Shown piece by piece: positions 18,475 through 28,408 of a stretch of DNA of 46,151 nt (positions within the stretch are counted from its first letter, which is position 1; the number at the start of each line of letters is the position of its first letter). The stretch is from Candidatus Xenobia bacterium (GTDB lineage Bacteria > Vulcanimicrobiota > Xenobia > Xenobiales > QWHO01): NCBI GenBank assembly GCA_045863235.1, contig BTUM01000065.1:1-46151 (forward strand), written 5' to 3'. A program made the translations under genes and the position numbers. Below the pieces are notes generated by a model, which worked only from the letters and a program-made list of their open reading frames with translations, made no database searches and was not told where the DNA came from.

Positions 18475-19958
18475 GAGGCCAGAAACACCATCTGCACGGG
18501 CGTTCCCAGGGCCTCATGCAAGACCGACAGGCAGGGCTGAACGGCCCAGCGCTCGAGCAACAGGTCGCCCGGCCCCTCCAGCTTGAGCACCAGTGCCCCC
18601 TTCGATTTGCGGGCCTTGACCGAGCGGATCTGGCCCCGATGCTCGGCGTCGAGGGCCTCGGCCAGCCGCAGCAGAGCCGAGAGCTTCTGCACAAGCGGTT
18701 TCTCGCGCGGGGAGAGGTCGCGGAAAGGCAGGTGGTTGCTGGATGGAGCCGCTTTGCGATGGTAGCGGGCCACGCAGGCGATGAGGTTGCGCTGGGCCGG
18801 GGTAAGCCCGAGCATGCGGCTGTTGCGGATCAGATAGTGGCTGTGCTTGTGGTGGCCAGAGGGATTGACGAACTTGCCCACATCGTGGAGCAGAGCGGCC
18901 ACCTGCAGATAAAAGCGGGCCTTGTCATCCAGCCCGTGCAGCCTGCGGGTCTCATCGAACAGGCCCAGGGCGAGCTCCATCACCTTCTCGGCATGCACCT
19001 CATCGAACGTGCAGTGCCGACCCAGCTGGTAGGCGCTGCGCAGGGCTTGCTCCTCACGACGGCGAGGGTTGGGCGTGAGCAGATCCTCCAGCAAGCCGTC
19101 CTTGAGACCGACCCGGGGAATGACCAGCTCGCTGGCCCCCAGCAGCTCCATCAAAGTCTCCAGCAGAACGCCCGCGGGAATGATCACGTCGGCCCGGTCG
19201 GGTCGCAGGCCCAGCTCCTCGATGCGCTGCTCGTAGGTCAGCTTCTGAAGCTGACCGAGCATCTCGGAAAGCTCGCTGCGCGCGATCAGGTGCCCACCTT
19301 CGCGCCCGAGCAGGCGGCGACGCAGGTCTCCGTAAGCCTCCACGTTCCCGCCGGTGCCAATGCACAGCTCCACCGGCTCTTCCGGAAGGGCGCTCCTTTG
19401 AGCCAGCACCAGCTCGCGCAGGCGGCGCACGAAATTGCCGTCACCCAGCTTGAGCCGGCCCAGGGCGCGCACCGTGCCCAGCTTGAACGAGTTCAGGCTG
19501 ACGACCTCGGCTCCCCGGGCCACGGCCACCTCGGTGCTGCCTCCCCCGATGTCGATCAGGGCCGTCCTGCGCTCGCCCAGCTCCATCGCGCTGGCGACGG
19601 CCATGAAGATCAGCCGGGCCTCCTCCTCGCCGTCGATGGCCTCCACCTCGATGCCCGTCTTCTGGGCCAGCACTTCCAGGATGTCGGCTCGATTGCGGGC
19701 CTCGCGCAGGGCGCTGGTACCCACCGCCCGGTAGCGCTGCACCCCCAGCCGCTGCATGGTCTGCTTGAAACCGGCCAGCGCTTTGATGAGACGGTCGAAG
19801 GCCTCGGTTCCGAGGGTTCCGTGGGTGAAGACGTCGGCTCCCAGGCGTACCGGCTCGCGTTCGGTCTTAAGGACCGTGCGCGTGCCATCCTGGATGGCCG
19901 CCACGATGAGGCGCACGGCGTTCGAGCCGATGTCGATGGCGGCGACCGGAGGGGGCAT
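18471..19958 (-). CDS. ppx: exopolyphosphatase Ppx/GppA with HD domain
   Basis: AIDIGSNAVR, TSALREARN, DIGGGSTE, RADVI, LLHDVG, HHKHS; start reassigned to ATG 19958. Confidence 0.95.
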   Translation of the reverse strand: MPPPVAAIDIGSNAVRLIVAAIQDGTRTVLKTEREPVRLGADVFTHGTLGTEAFDRLIKALAGFKQTMQRLGVQRYRAVGTSALREARNRADILEVLAQKTGIEVEAIDGEEEARLIFMAVASAMELGERRTALIDIGGGSTEVAVARGAEVVSLNSFKLGTVRALGRLKLGDGNFVRRLRELVLAQRSALPEEPVELCIGTGGNVEAYGDLRRRLLGREGGHLIARSELSEMLGQLQKLTYEQRIEELGLRPDRADVIIPAGVLLETLMELLGASELVIPRVGLKDGLLEDLLTPNPRRREEQALRSAYQLGRHCTFDEVHAEKVMELALGLFDETRRLHGLDDKARFYLQVAALLHDVGKFVNPSGHHKHSHYLIRNSRMLGLTPAQRNLIACVARYHRKAAPSSNHLPFRDLSPREKPLVQKLSALLRLAEALDAEHRGQIRSVKARKSKGALVLKLEGPGDLLLERWAVQPCLSVLHEALGTPVQMVFLAS

Positions 19959-20019
19959 GACGGGGGGACTTTCAGGCCCTCGCCACAGGCTCCTGCAGGG
20001 CGCTGTAGAAGGCCTCCCG

Positions 20020-22605
20020 GTGCAGTGGATCCTGGCCCATGAGCGGGCCGATTTCGATGCCTTTGCCTCCATGGTGGTGGCCAGCAAGCTCTATCCTGGC
20101 GCGCGATTGGTGCTGATCGGGTCGCCCGAGCCCTCGCTCAGGCGCTTTCTGGCCCTGCACCGGGGGGTCTTCTCAGTCAGCTACGCCCACGAGCTCAAGG
20201 ACCAGCGCCCCGAGCGCATCGTGCTGGTGGATACCCGCAACCCGGCTCGCCTCGGCCCCCTGCGAAACCTCGTCAGCGAGCCCCAGATCTCGCTCCACGT
20301 CTACGACCACCATCCCCCCACCCCGGAGGGGGTTCAGGGCGACCTGGACGTCACCGAGCCGATGGGGGCGGCCGTGACCGTGCTACTCAAGAGGCTGCGC
20401 CAGAAGAACCTGGCGCTGACGGTGGAGGAGGCCACCCTGTGCCTTCTGGCCCTGCATGAAGAGACGGGCTCGTTCACCCACGCCGGCACCACCGCCGAAG
20501 ACCTGGCCATGGGGGCCTGGCTGATGGAGCGGGGGGCGCGGCTGGCCATGGTCAACGTCTTCGTGGGCCAGACCCTGAACGTCGCCCAGCGCCAGCTGCT
20601 CAGCGAGTTGATGGAGACGGCCCACGTGCACAACCTGGAGGGAACCACCGTGGCCCTGGCCAGCGCCGAGCGCGAGGAGTTCGTGGGCGATCTGGCCCTG
20701 TTGACCACCCGCCTGCTGGAGATGCTGGGGGTCGAGGTGGTGCTGACCCTGGTGCGCATGGAAGACACCGTCTACGTGGTCGGTCGCGCCACCAGCGAGA
20801 CGGCCCAGCTCGGCCACCTGCTCGGAGAGCTGGGGGGAGGAGGGCACGGCGCCGCCGCCTCGGCCTCGATCCCGGTCGAGCCTTTGAACCAGCTGGAACA
20901 GCGGCTGCTCGAGCGCCTGCGCGAGGTGCTGCCGGGCAAGCCCACCGCCCGCGAGCTGATGACCAGCCCGGTGCACGTGCTCGAGCTCGACCACCTGACC
21001 GTGACCGAAGCCGCCCGAGGTCTGCGCGAGCTGGGCCACACGGCCGTGGGGCTGGCTCGCGACGGCAAGCTGGTGGGCTGGATCGCCCGCAGCGACCTGG
21101 ACAAGGCCATCGCCCACAACCTGGGCCACGCTCCGGTCACGACCTACATGTCCACCGAGATCGTCTCGGTCGAGCCGGACGCGCGCCTGGACGAGATCCA
21201 GCGCCTGCTGGTGGAGCGCGACATCGGCCGGGTGCCGGTCATCGAGCGGGGCGAGATGGTGGGCATCGTGAGCCGCACCGACGTGCTGCGCTGGCTGCAC
21301 TCGGCCCAGGCCGCCCGGGCCCAGGAGAGCATCACCGTGGCCATGCCCGCCTCGCTGGAGGAGCTGCTGCGCCATATCGGCGAGGTGGCCCAGCAGGAGG
21401 GCTACGAGGTCTTCCTGGTCGGGGGAGCGGTGCGCGATCTCTTGCTGGGACGAGAGTGCGAGCAGGACATCGACCTGGTGGTGGAGGGCCCGGCCCGCGA
21501 GCTGGCCGACAAGGTGGCCGAGCGGCTGGGGCCGGCCCGGGTGCTGCCCCACGAGCGCTTCCGCACCGCCTCGGTGGTCTGGCCGGACGGGCGGCGCATC
21601 GATCTGGCCACTGCCCGCACCGAGATCTACACCCGTCCCGCTGCCCTGCCCGTGGTGCAGGGCAGCACCCTCAAGCAAGACCTGGCCCGGCGCGATTTTT
21701 CGGTGAACGCCATGGCGGTGCGATTGTCCAGCTCGCACTTCGGCCAGCTGGTCGACTACTTCGGGGCCCGCCGCGATCTGGCCGACGAGCGCATCCGGGT
21801 GCTGCACAACCACTCCTTCCTCGACGACCCCACCCGCATTCTGCGCGCCGTCCGCTTCGAAGCCCGGCTCGGCTTCCGGCTCGACCCGGCCACCGAGCAC
21901 CTGCTCAAGCAGGCCCTGCTCGAAGGCGCCCTGGAGATGGTCTCGGCCGAGCGGTTGCGCGACGAGCTCTTGATCATCTTGTCCGAGCGCGATCCCCTGC
22001 CGGCCATCGAGCGGCTGCACAAGCTGAGGATCCTGCCCCGTCTGCACCCCTCGCTGGCCCTGAGCACGCGAGTGGAGCGCACCATGCGGCGGGTGCAGGC
22101 GGTGGAACAGGAGTTTGGTCGCTCCGATCCCCCCTGGCTGCTGGCCTTGCTGGCCCTGATGTCCAGCCTCAAGCCCGAGGAGACCGAGGCCCTGCGCCGT
22201 CGCTTCCGCCTGCAGGTGCTGCCCGGGCTGGAGGAGAGCTTTCGAGCCCACCGGGTGCTGCGCGCCCTGAGCTCGCGCGATCTGAAGGACAGCGAGCTGG
22301 AGCGGTTGCTCGCTCCCCTGCCCCGTGAGGCCCTGCTCTGGTTGCTGGCCTTCAACGCCTCCGAACCATTGCACGCGCGCATCCGCCACTACCTGGCCGA
22401 CCTGCAGCACCTGCCCCCGGTGCTGCGGGGCCGCGATCTGCTCGAGCTGGGTTTCACGCCCGGGCCGCTGTTCAAAGAGATCCTGACACGAGCCCGCGCG
22501 GTTCAGCTCGACCAGGGGCTGCCCGACCCGCGTGGCTGGGTCGAACAGAACTTCGGATCCGCCCGGAACGCAGGAATCATGCCGGATAAGGTGGAACGAG
22601 CTTGA
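20020..22605 (+). CDS. DHH-CBS-tRNA nucleotidyltransferase (A- or CCA-adding enzyme)
   Basis: HERADFDA, YDHH, GGGGH (DHHA1), CBS pair, VGGAVRD, DIDLVVEG, DLARRDFSVNAMA, DDPTRILRAVRF; start GTG 20020. Confidence 0.92.
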   Translation: MQWILAHERADFDAFASMVVASKLYPGARLVLIGSPEPSLRRFLALHRGVFSVSYAHELKDQRPERIVLVDTRNPARLGPLRNLVSEPQISLHVYDHHPPTPEGVQGDLDVTEPMGAAVTVLLKRLRQKNLALTVEEATLCLLALHEETGSFTHAGTTAEDLAMGAWLMERGARLAMVNVFVGQTLNVAQRQLLSELMETAHVHNLEGTTVALASAEREEFVGDLALLTTRLLEMLGVEVVLTLVRMEDTVYVVGRATSETAQLGHLLGELGGGGHGAAASASIPVEPLNQLEQRLLERLREVLPGKPTARELMTSPVHVLELDHLTVTEAARGLRELGHTAVGLARDGKLVGWIARSDLDKAIAHNLGHAPVTTYMSTEIVSVEPDARLDEIQRLLVERDIGRVPVIERGEMVGIVSRTDVLRWLHSAQAARAQESITVAMPASLEELLRHIGEVAQQEGYEVFLVGGAVRDLLLGRECEQDIDLVVEGPARELADKVAERLGPARVLPHERFRTASVVWPDGRRIDLATARTEIYTRPAALPVVQGSTLKQDLARRDFSVNAMAVRLSSSHFGQLVDYFGARRDLADERIRVLHNHSFLDDPTRILRAVRFEARLGFRLDPATEHLLKQALLEGALEMVSAERLRDELLIILSERDPLPAIERLHKLRILPRLHPSLALSTRVERTMRRVQAVEQEFGRSDPPWLLALLALMSSLKPEETEALRRRFRLQVLPGLEESFRAHRVLRALSSRDLKDSELERLLAPLPREALLWLLAFNASEPLHARIRHYLADLQHLPPVLRGRDLLELGFTPGPLFKEILTRARAVQLDQGLPDPRGWVEQNFGSARNAGIMPDKVERA

Positions 22606-23232
22606 ATGATTACCGATCCGATCCAGATCGGATTTGTGGTGGTTTCCCTTGTTCTGGCCTTCACCGTGCACGAGTATGCCCACGGCTGGATGTGCTACCA
22701 GCTCGGCGACCCCACCGCCAAGTATGAGGGCCGGCTGACCCTCAACCCCCTCAAGCACGTCGAGTGGCTGATCGTGGGACTGATCACCATGACCTTCATT
22801 TTCACCGGCGTGCCGGTGGGCTGGGGCAAGCCGGTGCAGTTCGACTCGGACAACTTCCGTCACCCCATCCGCGACGCCGCCCTGGTGGCCTTCGCCGGAC
22901 CGCTGGCCAACTACGTGCTGACCGCCCTGCTGGTGGTGCCCCTCATGCTGATGCAACCCGAGGGCCTTTTCTTCAGCTTCCTGGCCATCCTGTGCGGAGT
23001 GAACCTGGCCCTGGCCCTGTTCAACTGCCTGCCCTGTCCCCCGCTGGACGGCTGGAAGATCCTGCAGGCCTTCGTGCCCCGTGCCACCGCCCGCGAGATG
23101 CAGCGGCTCGAGGTCAAGGCCGGCATGACCGCCCTGCTGGTGTTGATCATCGTCTTCCTGGCCGTGCCCGCGCTCAACCCGCTCAACCCCGTCTACAGCC
23201 TGTTCTGGCGCACGGTGGTGCTGCGTGCTTAA
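22606..23232 (+). CDS. site-2 protease (M50) family
   Basis: HEYAH, GDPT, RLTLNPLKH, AGPLAN, FNCLPCPPLDG. Confidence 0.93.
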   Translation: MITDPIQIGFVVVSLVLAFTVHEYAHGWMCYQLGDPTAKYEGRLTLNPLKHVEWLIVGLITMTFIFTGVPVGWGKPVQFDSDNFRHPIRDAALVAFAGPLANYVLTALLVVPLMLMQPEGLFFSFLAILCGVNLALALFNCLPCPPLDGWKILQAFVPRATAREMQRLEVKAGMTALLVLIIVFLAVPALNPLNPVYSLFWRTVVLRA

Positions 23233-23983
23233 GCTGACCCGCACGGAGCAGTCCAACTACCAGGTCGAGCTGCCCCAGTTCAACGGTCCGCTCGAGCTCT
23301 TGCTCACCCTGGTGGGCCAGGCCAAGCTCGATATCACGGCCATCTCGCTGGCTCGGGTGGCCGACCAGTACCGCGCCTACCTCGAGACCCTGCAGGGCCT
23401 GAACGTCGAGATCGAGAGCTCCTACCTGGTGGTCTTCGCCCAGTTGCTCGAGATCAAGTCGCGCCTGCTCTTGCCCCCCAGCGACGAGCCCGAAGAAGAC
23501 AGCGACGCGGTGGACAAGGCGGAGGGGCTGAAGGATCCGGCCCAGGAGCTGGTCGAGAAGCTCAAGGAATACCAGTCCTTCAAGGAAGCGGCCGACTGGC
23601 TGGCCGAGCGCGAGGGTGCCAGCGCCGCCCGCTATCCGCGCAACGCCGCCCTGCCCGAGTTGGACTGGCCGGAGCTCGAGGTTTCGGCCGACGCGCTGGC
23701 CGACGCCATGCGGCGCCTGGAGATCTCGCCCCGGGCTCCCCGTCCGCCCATGTCGGTGGAGAAGATCTCCTTCTCGCTGCCCGAGCGCATCGGGCAGATC
23801 CTCACACGCTTGTTCGAGCGGCCGCGCTGGTTCTTCCGCGAGCTGCTCGAGGGTCGCAAGGGCAAGGCCTGGGTGGTGGTCACCTTCCTGGCTCTGCTCG
23901 AGATGGCCCGCCGCCAGCAGCTGCACCTTCGCCAGGAAAGCCATGCAGACGACATCCAGGTAGAGGTCAGGGAGGCCGCATGA
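23225..23983 (+). CDS. scpA: segregation/condensation protein A
   Basis: FNGPLELLL, LEIKSRLLLP, VTFLALLEM. Confidence 0.93.
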   Translation: MLKLTRTEQSNYQVELPQFNGPLELLLTLVGQAKLDITAISLARVADQYRAYLETLQGLNVEIESSYLVVFAQLLEIKSRLLLPPSDEPEEDSDAVDKAEGLKDPAQELVEKLKEYQSFKEAADWLAEREGASAARYPRNAALPELDWPELEVSADALADAMRRLEISPRAPRPPMSVEKISFSLPERIGQILTRLFERPRWFFRELLEGRKGKAWVVVTFLALLEMARRQQLHLRQESHADDIQVEVREAA

Positions 23984-24936
23984 TCGCCGAAGACGTCACT
24001 CCATCTCAACGGCTGGCGGTCATCGAGGCGCTGCTCTTTTGCAACCCGGCTCCCATGCGACTGAGCGAGCTGGAAGAGGTGTGCGGCTGGAACCGCGAGC
24101 TGATCGAGCGCGACCTGGAGCGACTGGCGGAGGTGCTCGCGGGCCGCGGCATCGAGCTGCAACGGGTGGCCGGGGCGGTGCGCCTGGTCAGCGTGCCCGA
24201 GGCGGCGCCCTTCATCGAGAAGATGCTCAAGCTGCAGTCGCGCCGCCGGCTCTCGCGCTCGCAGCTGGAGACGCTGGCGGTGGTGGCCTACAAGCAGCCG
24301 GTCACAAGGGCCCAGGTGGAGTCCTATCGCGGGGTCAAGAGCGAGCGCCCCCTCAGCCAGCTGATGGAGCTGCGCTTGATCCGCGAGGTGGGACGCGCCC
24401 CGCTGCCGGGCAAGCCCTGCCAGTACGGCACCACGGCCGAGTTCTTGCGCCACTTCGGGCTCAATGACCTCAAGCAGCTGCCTACCGTCGAGGGAGCCAA
24501 ACCGCGCAGCGATCGCGGGCCCTTCTCGCAACTCGGCCTGGATGACTCGGGCGAGGAGCGCCTGGTGCGCGAGCTGAACGTGTGTGGGGAACGAGCTCCG
24601 GCCTCCGAGGAGGGAGGGCTCGATTCGCGCGAGGAACGGGTTCGGGCCTCCGGGGAGGGCGTGATGCTCGATTCGCGCGAGGAACGGGTTCTGGTCTCCG
24701 GGGAGGGCTTGATGGTCGATTCGCGCAAGGAACGGGTTCTGGTCTCCGAGGAGGGCGGCGCGGTGCTCGAGTCGCGCGAGGAGCATTTCGAGCTGCAGCA
24801 GTCGAGCCCGGGCCCGTTCGGGGCCGACTCGGGAGAGGAAACGCCGGGCTTTCGCCAGCGCAGCCACCTGGAAGGCCCCTCGGCCGAGCTGCGCAAGCTG
24901 TTCGAGCGCATTCGCAAGAAGTCGCCCGAGCCATGA
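23980..24936 (+). CDS. scpB: SMC-Scp complex subunit ScpB with repeat-expanded tail
   Basis: IEALLF, LETLAVVAYKQPVTRAQVESYRGV, YGTTAEFLRHFGL. Confidence 0.93.
   Translation: MIAEDVTPSQRLAVIEALLFCNPAPMRLSELEEVCGWNRELIERDLERLAEVLAGRGIELQRVAGAVRLVSVPEAAPFIEKMLKLQSRRRLSRSQLETLAVVAYKQPVTRAQVESYRGVKSERPLSQLMELRLIREVGRAPLPGKPCQYGTTAEFLRHFGLNDLKQLPTVEGAKPRSDRGPFSQLGLDDSGEERLVRELNVCGERAPASEEGGLDSREERVRASGEGVMLDSREERVLVSGEGLMVDSRKERVLVSEEGGAVLESREEHFELQQSSPGPFGADSGEETPGFRQRSHLEGPSAELRKLFERIRKKSPEP
24589..24785 (+). repeat. in-frame ~48 bp tandem repeat in the scpB tail
   Basis: GATTCGCGCGAGGAACGGGTTC..G.CTCCG.GGAGGGC x3-4, encoding DSREERVxxSGEG. Confidence 0.8.
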
Positions 24937-25400
24937 ATTTCGCCGAGTCGCGCTGGGTGAGCGTCAGCCCGGAGCTGATGCGCGGCCCCCAGCCCCAGGA
25001 AGAGGATCTGCGCGACCTGATGGCCGTGGGCCTGGGCGGCGTGGTCAATCTGCGCCTCGAGTCCGAGCACAGCCGCGAGCTGTGCCAGCAGCTCGGTTTG
25101 CGCTACCACTACTTTCCGGTGCGCGATTGGACCTGTCCCGAGCAACGGCAGATCGAGGAGTTCCTGAGCCTTTTCGAAGAGAGCCCCTCGGGTCCGCTGC
25201 TGGTGCACTGCATGGGCGGCGTGGGCCGCACCGGCGTCTTCGTCAGCTGCTACCGGGTAGCCCGGGGCATGGATCCGGGTCAGGCCATCCGGCTGTCTCA
25301 CACCGAGGTGAGCTGGATGAGCATGAACGACGAGCAGATGCAATTCGTGGTGGCCTTTGGCCGCTGGTGGGCCGAGCGGCAACAAGAAAGGAATCGTTGA
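24933..25400 (+). CDS. protein-tyrosine/dual-specificity phosphatase
   Basis: RGPQP, VNLR, VHCMGGVGRTG P-loop; ATGA overlap with scpB. Confidence 0.9.
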   Translation: MNFAESRWVSVSPELMRGPQPQEEDLRDLMAVGLGGVVNLRLESEHSRELCQQLGLRYHYFPVRDWTCPEQRQIEEFLSLFEESPSGPLLVHCMGGVGRTGVFVSCYRVARGMDPGQAIRLSHTEVSWMSMNDEQMQFVVAFGRWWAERQQERNR

Positions 25401-25624
25401 TGACTGCAGAAGAGATACGCCACAAGATCCTGGCCGGGTTGCCGGAAGCGGAAGTTGATGTTCAGGGCGATGACGGGGTCCACTTTCAAGCCGTGATTGT
25501 CAGCGAGCGCTTCCGAGGCCTGAGCCGGGTGCAACAGCACAAGCTGATTTATCAGACTCTGGGCAATGCGTTCGACGGCGCGCTGCACGCGCTGGCCCTG
25601 ACGACGCGAGTGCCCGAAGGTTGA
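25400..25624 (+). CDS. BolA/IbaG family protein
   Basis: GDDGVHFQAVIVSERFRGLSRVQQHKLIY...LHALAL. Confidence 0.92.
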   Translation: MTAEEIRHKILAGLPEAEVDVQGDDGVHFQAVIVSERFRGLSRVQQHKLIYQTLGNAFDGALHALALTTRVPEG

Positions 25625-25635
25625 AAGGAATCGTC

Positions 25636-25971
25636 ATGACCCCTGAAATGAAAGAACGGTTGACCAACGAGGTCAAGGACAACGACGTGGTGCTCTACAT
25701 GAAGGGCACGGCCATGATTCCCATGTGCGGCTTTTCGGCCCGCGCCGCCCAGGTGTTGCAGGCAGTGGGGGTCAAGATCCACGATGTCAACATCCTCGAC
25801 TCGGACGAGCTGCGCCTGGCCCTCAAGGAGTTCTCTGACTGGCCCACCTTCCCGCAGTGCTACATCAAGGGCCAGTTCATCGGCGGCTCGGACATCCTGA
25901 TGGACATGTACCAGGACGGCGAGTTGCAGAAGCTGGTGGCCGAGCTGCCCAAGGTGACGCCGGTCAAGTAG
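25636..25971 (+). CDS. grxD: monothiol glutaredoxin
   Basis: YMKGT..PMCGFS, SDWPTFPQ.YI.GQFIGGSDI. Confidence 0.95.
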   Translation: MTPEMKERLTNEVKDNDVVLYMKGTAMIPMCGFSARAAQVLQAVGVKIHDVNILDSDELRLALKEFSDWPTFPQCYIKGQFIGGSDILMDMYQDGELQKLVAELPKVTPVK

Positions 25972-25974
25972 CCT

Positions 25975-27837
25975 GTGGCCCTCAAGGGGGTTCTCCAGGG
26001 CCGATTCCAGATCGAAAAGCGTCTGGGAGTCGGCGGAATGGGCGAGGTCTATCAGGCTACCGACCTGATGAGCGGCTGGCAGGTTGCCGTCAAGCGCATG
26101 CTGCTCGACGAGGACGACCCGGTCGAAATCTTCGATCCGTTCCAGAAATTCCGGGCCGAGTTCGATACGTTGAAGGCCCTCGATCACCCGGGCATCCCCC
26201 GGGTGCTCGACTTTTTCCTGGAAGAGCAGTGCCCTTGCATGGTGATGGAGTTCATCGAGGGCCAGAACCTGGACGACTGGGTCTACAAGGTGCGCGGGCA
26301 GGGGCGCAATTGGATCCTTCAGGAGAGTGACCCGCTGGTCGATCGCCAGGTGCTGCACTTTGGTCTGCAGCTGTGCGTCATCCTGGAGTACATCCACGCC
26401 CGTGGCATCCTGCATCGCGACATCAAGCCCTCCAACATCATCCTGCGCGACCGCACCGAGCGACTGGTTCTGGTCGACTTCGGCCTGGCCCGAGCCTATA
26501 CTGGCAGCCGCTCCACCAAGACCCAGGTGGGCACTCTGGGCTATTGCTCGGTCGAGCAGGCCCAGGGCCATCCCGAGCCGCGCTCGGACCTCTACTCGCT
26601 GGCGGTCACGCTCAACCACCTGCTCACCGGCAACCAGCCCGCTCCGTTCGAGGTCAAACTGCTGCAGGAGACCCGGCCCGATCTCCCCCCTCGCCTGATC
26701 GCCGCCCTGGACCGGGCCTGCAGCTTTGCCGCCGCCGACCGTCAGGCCAGCCTGGGCGAGTTTCGCGGCGAGCTGGAGGCCTGCCTCAACGAGATGGGCA
26801 GCGGCCTGCCGGACCAGACCGTGCGACCGGATTACTTCCTGGAGGCCAGTGGCACCTATACCGAAGAAGTCGAGGCCCCGCCCGCGCCGGCGGTCAGCGA
26901 GCGCATCTCCACCTACAACTGGCTTGATCAGGCCCTGCTGGCCCAGGGCCCGGCCGCTCGTCCCGACGCGCGCAGCCAGGCTGTTGTCGAGCCCGCCGAG
27001 GAAGAGGAGGACGAATCCAGCGGCGTGCAGCGTTGGGTGGCGGCGGCCAAGACGCGCCAGGTTCCCGGGCGCCGGGAGACCGTCCCCGTGCCCCAGCAGC
27101 ACGCCTTTCGGGTAGTCGAGGAAGAAGACGACCTGGAGTTCATCCGCAACCTCAAATCCGCTCGCCCGCCTATCTACACCCACCCGGTTGTCATCTTCCT
27201 GGTGCTGGTGGCGGCCACTGCGGGCCTGATGCGCTATCTGGAGGGACGCAGCGAGCAAAGCAACATCTCCCTGGCCGCCCGACTGGCCGTGGGGGGGCCC
27301 TCGGTGGCCCGCGAGGGGGCTCGCGCCGGGGCCGGAGGCACGCTCGACCTGGTAGCCGGAGAAGACACGCCGGCCCTGGTGGTCTACTCGCCCCTCAAGC
27401 CGATGACCGAGCTCTCCTTCACCATGTCCATCGAGCAGGGCGACCCGGATCTGGTGGTCTATCTGGGCGAGTCGCCCCCGGAAACGTCCAACTCGCTGCG
27501 GCGCAGCACCGGAGCGGCACTCTGGCTGCGCTTTGACCCGGCCGAGCTGGATTATCAGGCCTGCCTGGCCCCGGCGACGCGGATGCTGCTCCCGGCCGAC
27601 GTGCGCCACCCGGGCATGTTCTTGCAGCTCTTTCCCCCGAGCGGTCGGGAGTTTCACAAGCTGCCCTCGGGAAGGACCTTCTTCGTGCGGCTGATCCTGC
27701 TCGAGAAAGGTCGTCTGGAAGCGCGCCTGGGCAGCCTGGCCCTCTCGGTCCCGGTCGCCACCGAGGTCCCCACTTTCGGAGTCTACATACTGGGGCAGGG
27801 ACGGGTCAACCTGCGCGATTTGAAGGTCGTGCGATGA
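25975..27837 (+). CDS. Hanks-type Ser/Thr protein kinase with one TM segment
   Basis: LGVGGMGEVY, VAVK, HRDIKPSN, DFG, GTLGY, SDLYSL; TM VVIFLVLVAATAGLM. Confidence 0.93.
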   Translation: MALKGVLQGRFQIEKRLGVGGMGEVYQATDLMSGWQVAVKRMLLDEDDPVEIFDPFQKFRAEFDTLKALDHPGIPRVLDFFLEEQCPCMVMEFIEGQNLDDWVYKVRGQGRNWILQESDPLVDRQVLHFGLQLCVILEYIHARGILHRDIKPSNIILRDRTERLVLVDFGLARAYTGSRSTKTQVGTLGYCSVEQAQGHPEPRSDLYSLAVTLNHLLTGNQPAPFEVKLLQETRPDLPPRLIAALDRACSFAAADRQASLGEFRGELEACLNEMGSGLPDQTVRPDYFLEASGTYTEEVEAPPAPAVSERISTYNWLDQALLAQGPAARPDARSQAVVEPAEEEEDESSGVQRWVAAAKTRQVPGRRETVPVPQQHAFRVVEEEDDLEFIRNLKSARPPIYTHPVVIFLVLVAATAGLMRYLEGRSEQSNISLAARLAVGGPSVAREGARAGAGGTLDLVAGEDTPALVVYSPLKPMTELSFTMSIEQGDPDLVVYLGESPPETSNSLRRSTGAALWLRFDPAELDYQACLAPATRMLLPADVRHPGMFLQLFPPSGREFHKLPSGRTFFVRLILLEKGRLEARLGSLALSVPVATEVPTFGVYILGQGRVNLRDLKVVR

Positions 27838-28184
27838 AGCCGCCCCGAGGTCTGAAATGGCTGGTCGCCCTGCTGGCGACGATTTTCCTGGTGATGGTCT
27901 TGGACAAGTGGAGCCACAACTGGCACCTGGTCACCAGGGACACCCAGGGCCGCGAGTACTACGTGGCCCTGCGAAGCCTGCAGCGGGAGGGGATGAAGGT
28001 GCGCTTCACCCTGCTGCGCCGTGATCCCGCCGCCAGCTGGTGGAATCGCTCCACGACCAGGCGCTTTGAGCTCGACTACGGCAAGCACCTGCTGACGCCG
28101 CTCGAAGGCGACCGGACCCTGGAGCCGATCGCTCCCGGCAGCGTGGCCGAGCAGCTGTTCAAGGAGCTGGACACGCGCAGATAG
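27834..28184 (+). CDS. hypothetical protein with N-terminal TM/signal
   Basis: ATGA overlap with the kinase; hydrophobic N-terminus. Confidence 0.7.
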   Translation: MKPPRGLKWLVALLATIFLVMVLDKWSHNWHLVTRDTQGREYYVALRSLQREGMKVRFTLLRRDPAASWWNRSTTRRFELDYGKHLLTPLEGDRTLEPIAPGSVAEQLFKELDTRR

Positions 28185-28254
28185 CCCTCGGGCACGAGAC
28201 CCCGGGGCGGCACGCTGCAGGTCGCCAGTTTTGTCGATTCACGAGCCAGCAGAT

Positions 28255-28301
28255 CGAACACAATTTCGAAACCGCCGGTTCAAGAAACGAACCTGCTTTC
28301 G
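28255..28301. promoter_or_regulatory. two LexA (Cheo-type) SOS-box-like sites
   Basis: CGAAC-ACAA-TTTCG (28255-28268) and CGAAC-CTGC-TTTCG (28288-28301), each one mismatch from CGAAC-N4-GTTCG. Confidence 0.5.
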
Positions 28302-28408
28302 ACAGGAAATCAAAATATTTAACGAAGGTAGCAACCAATCTCCATACTCACAGAGTATCCCCGCCGGCTGCCCCGAAGGCCGCATTTCCAACACCGAGGT
28401 GTTTTCCC

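Noticed and set aside
19971..19991. Fifth copy of the TTCAG promoter motif (TTCAG-N10-CAGGCT); also partial matches near 10258 and 45815
   Set aside because: Each lacks either the upstream half-site or the -10 box at the right spacing
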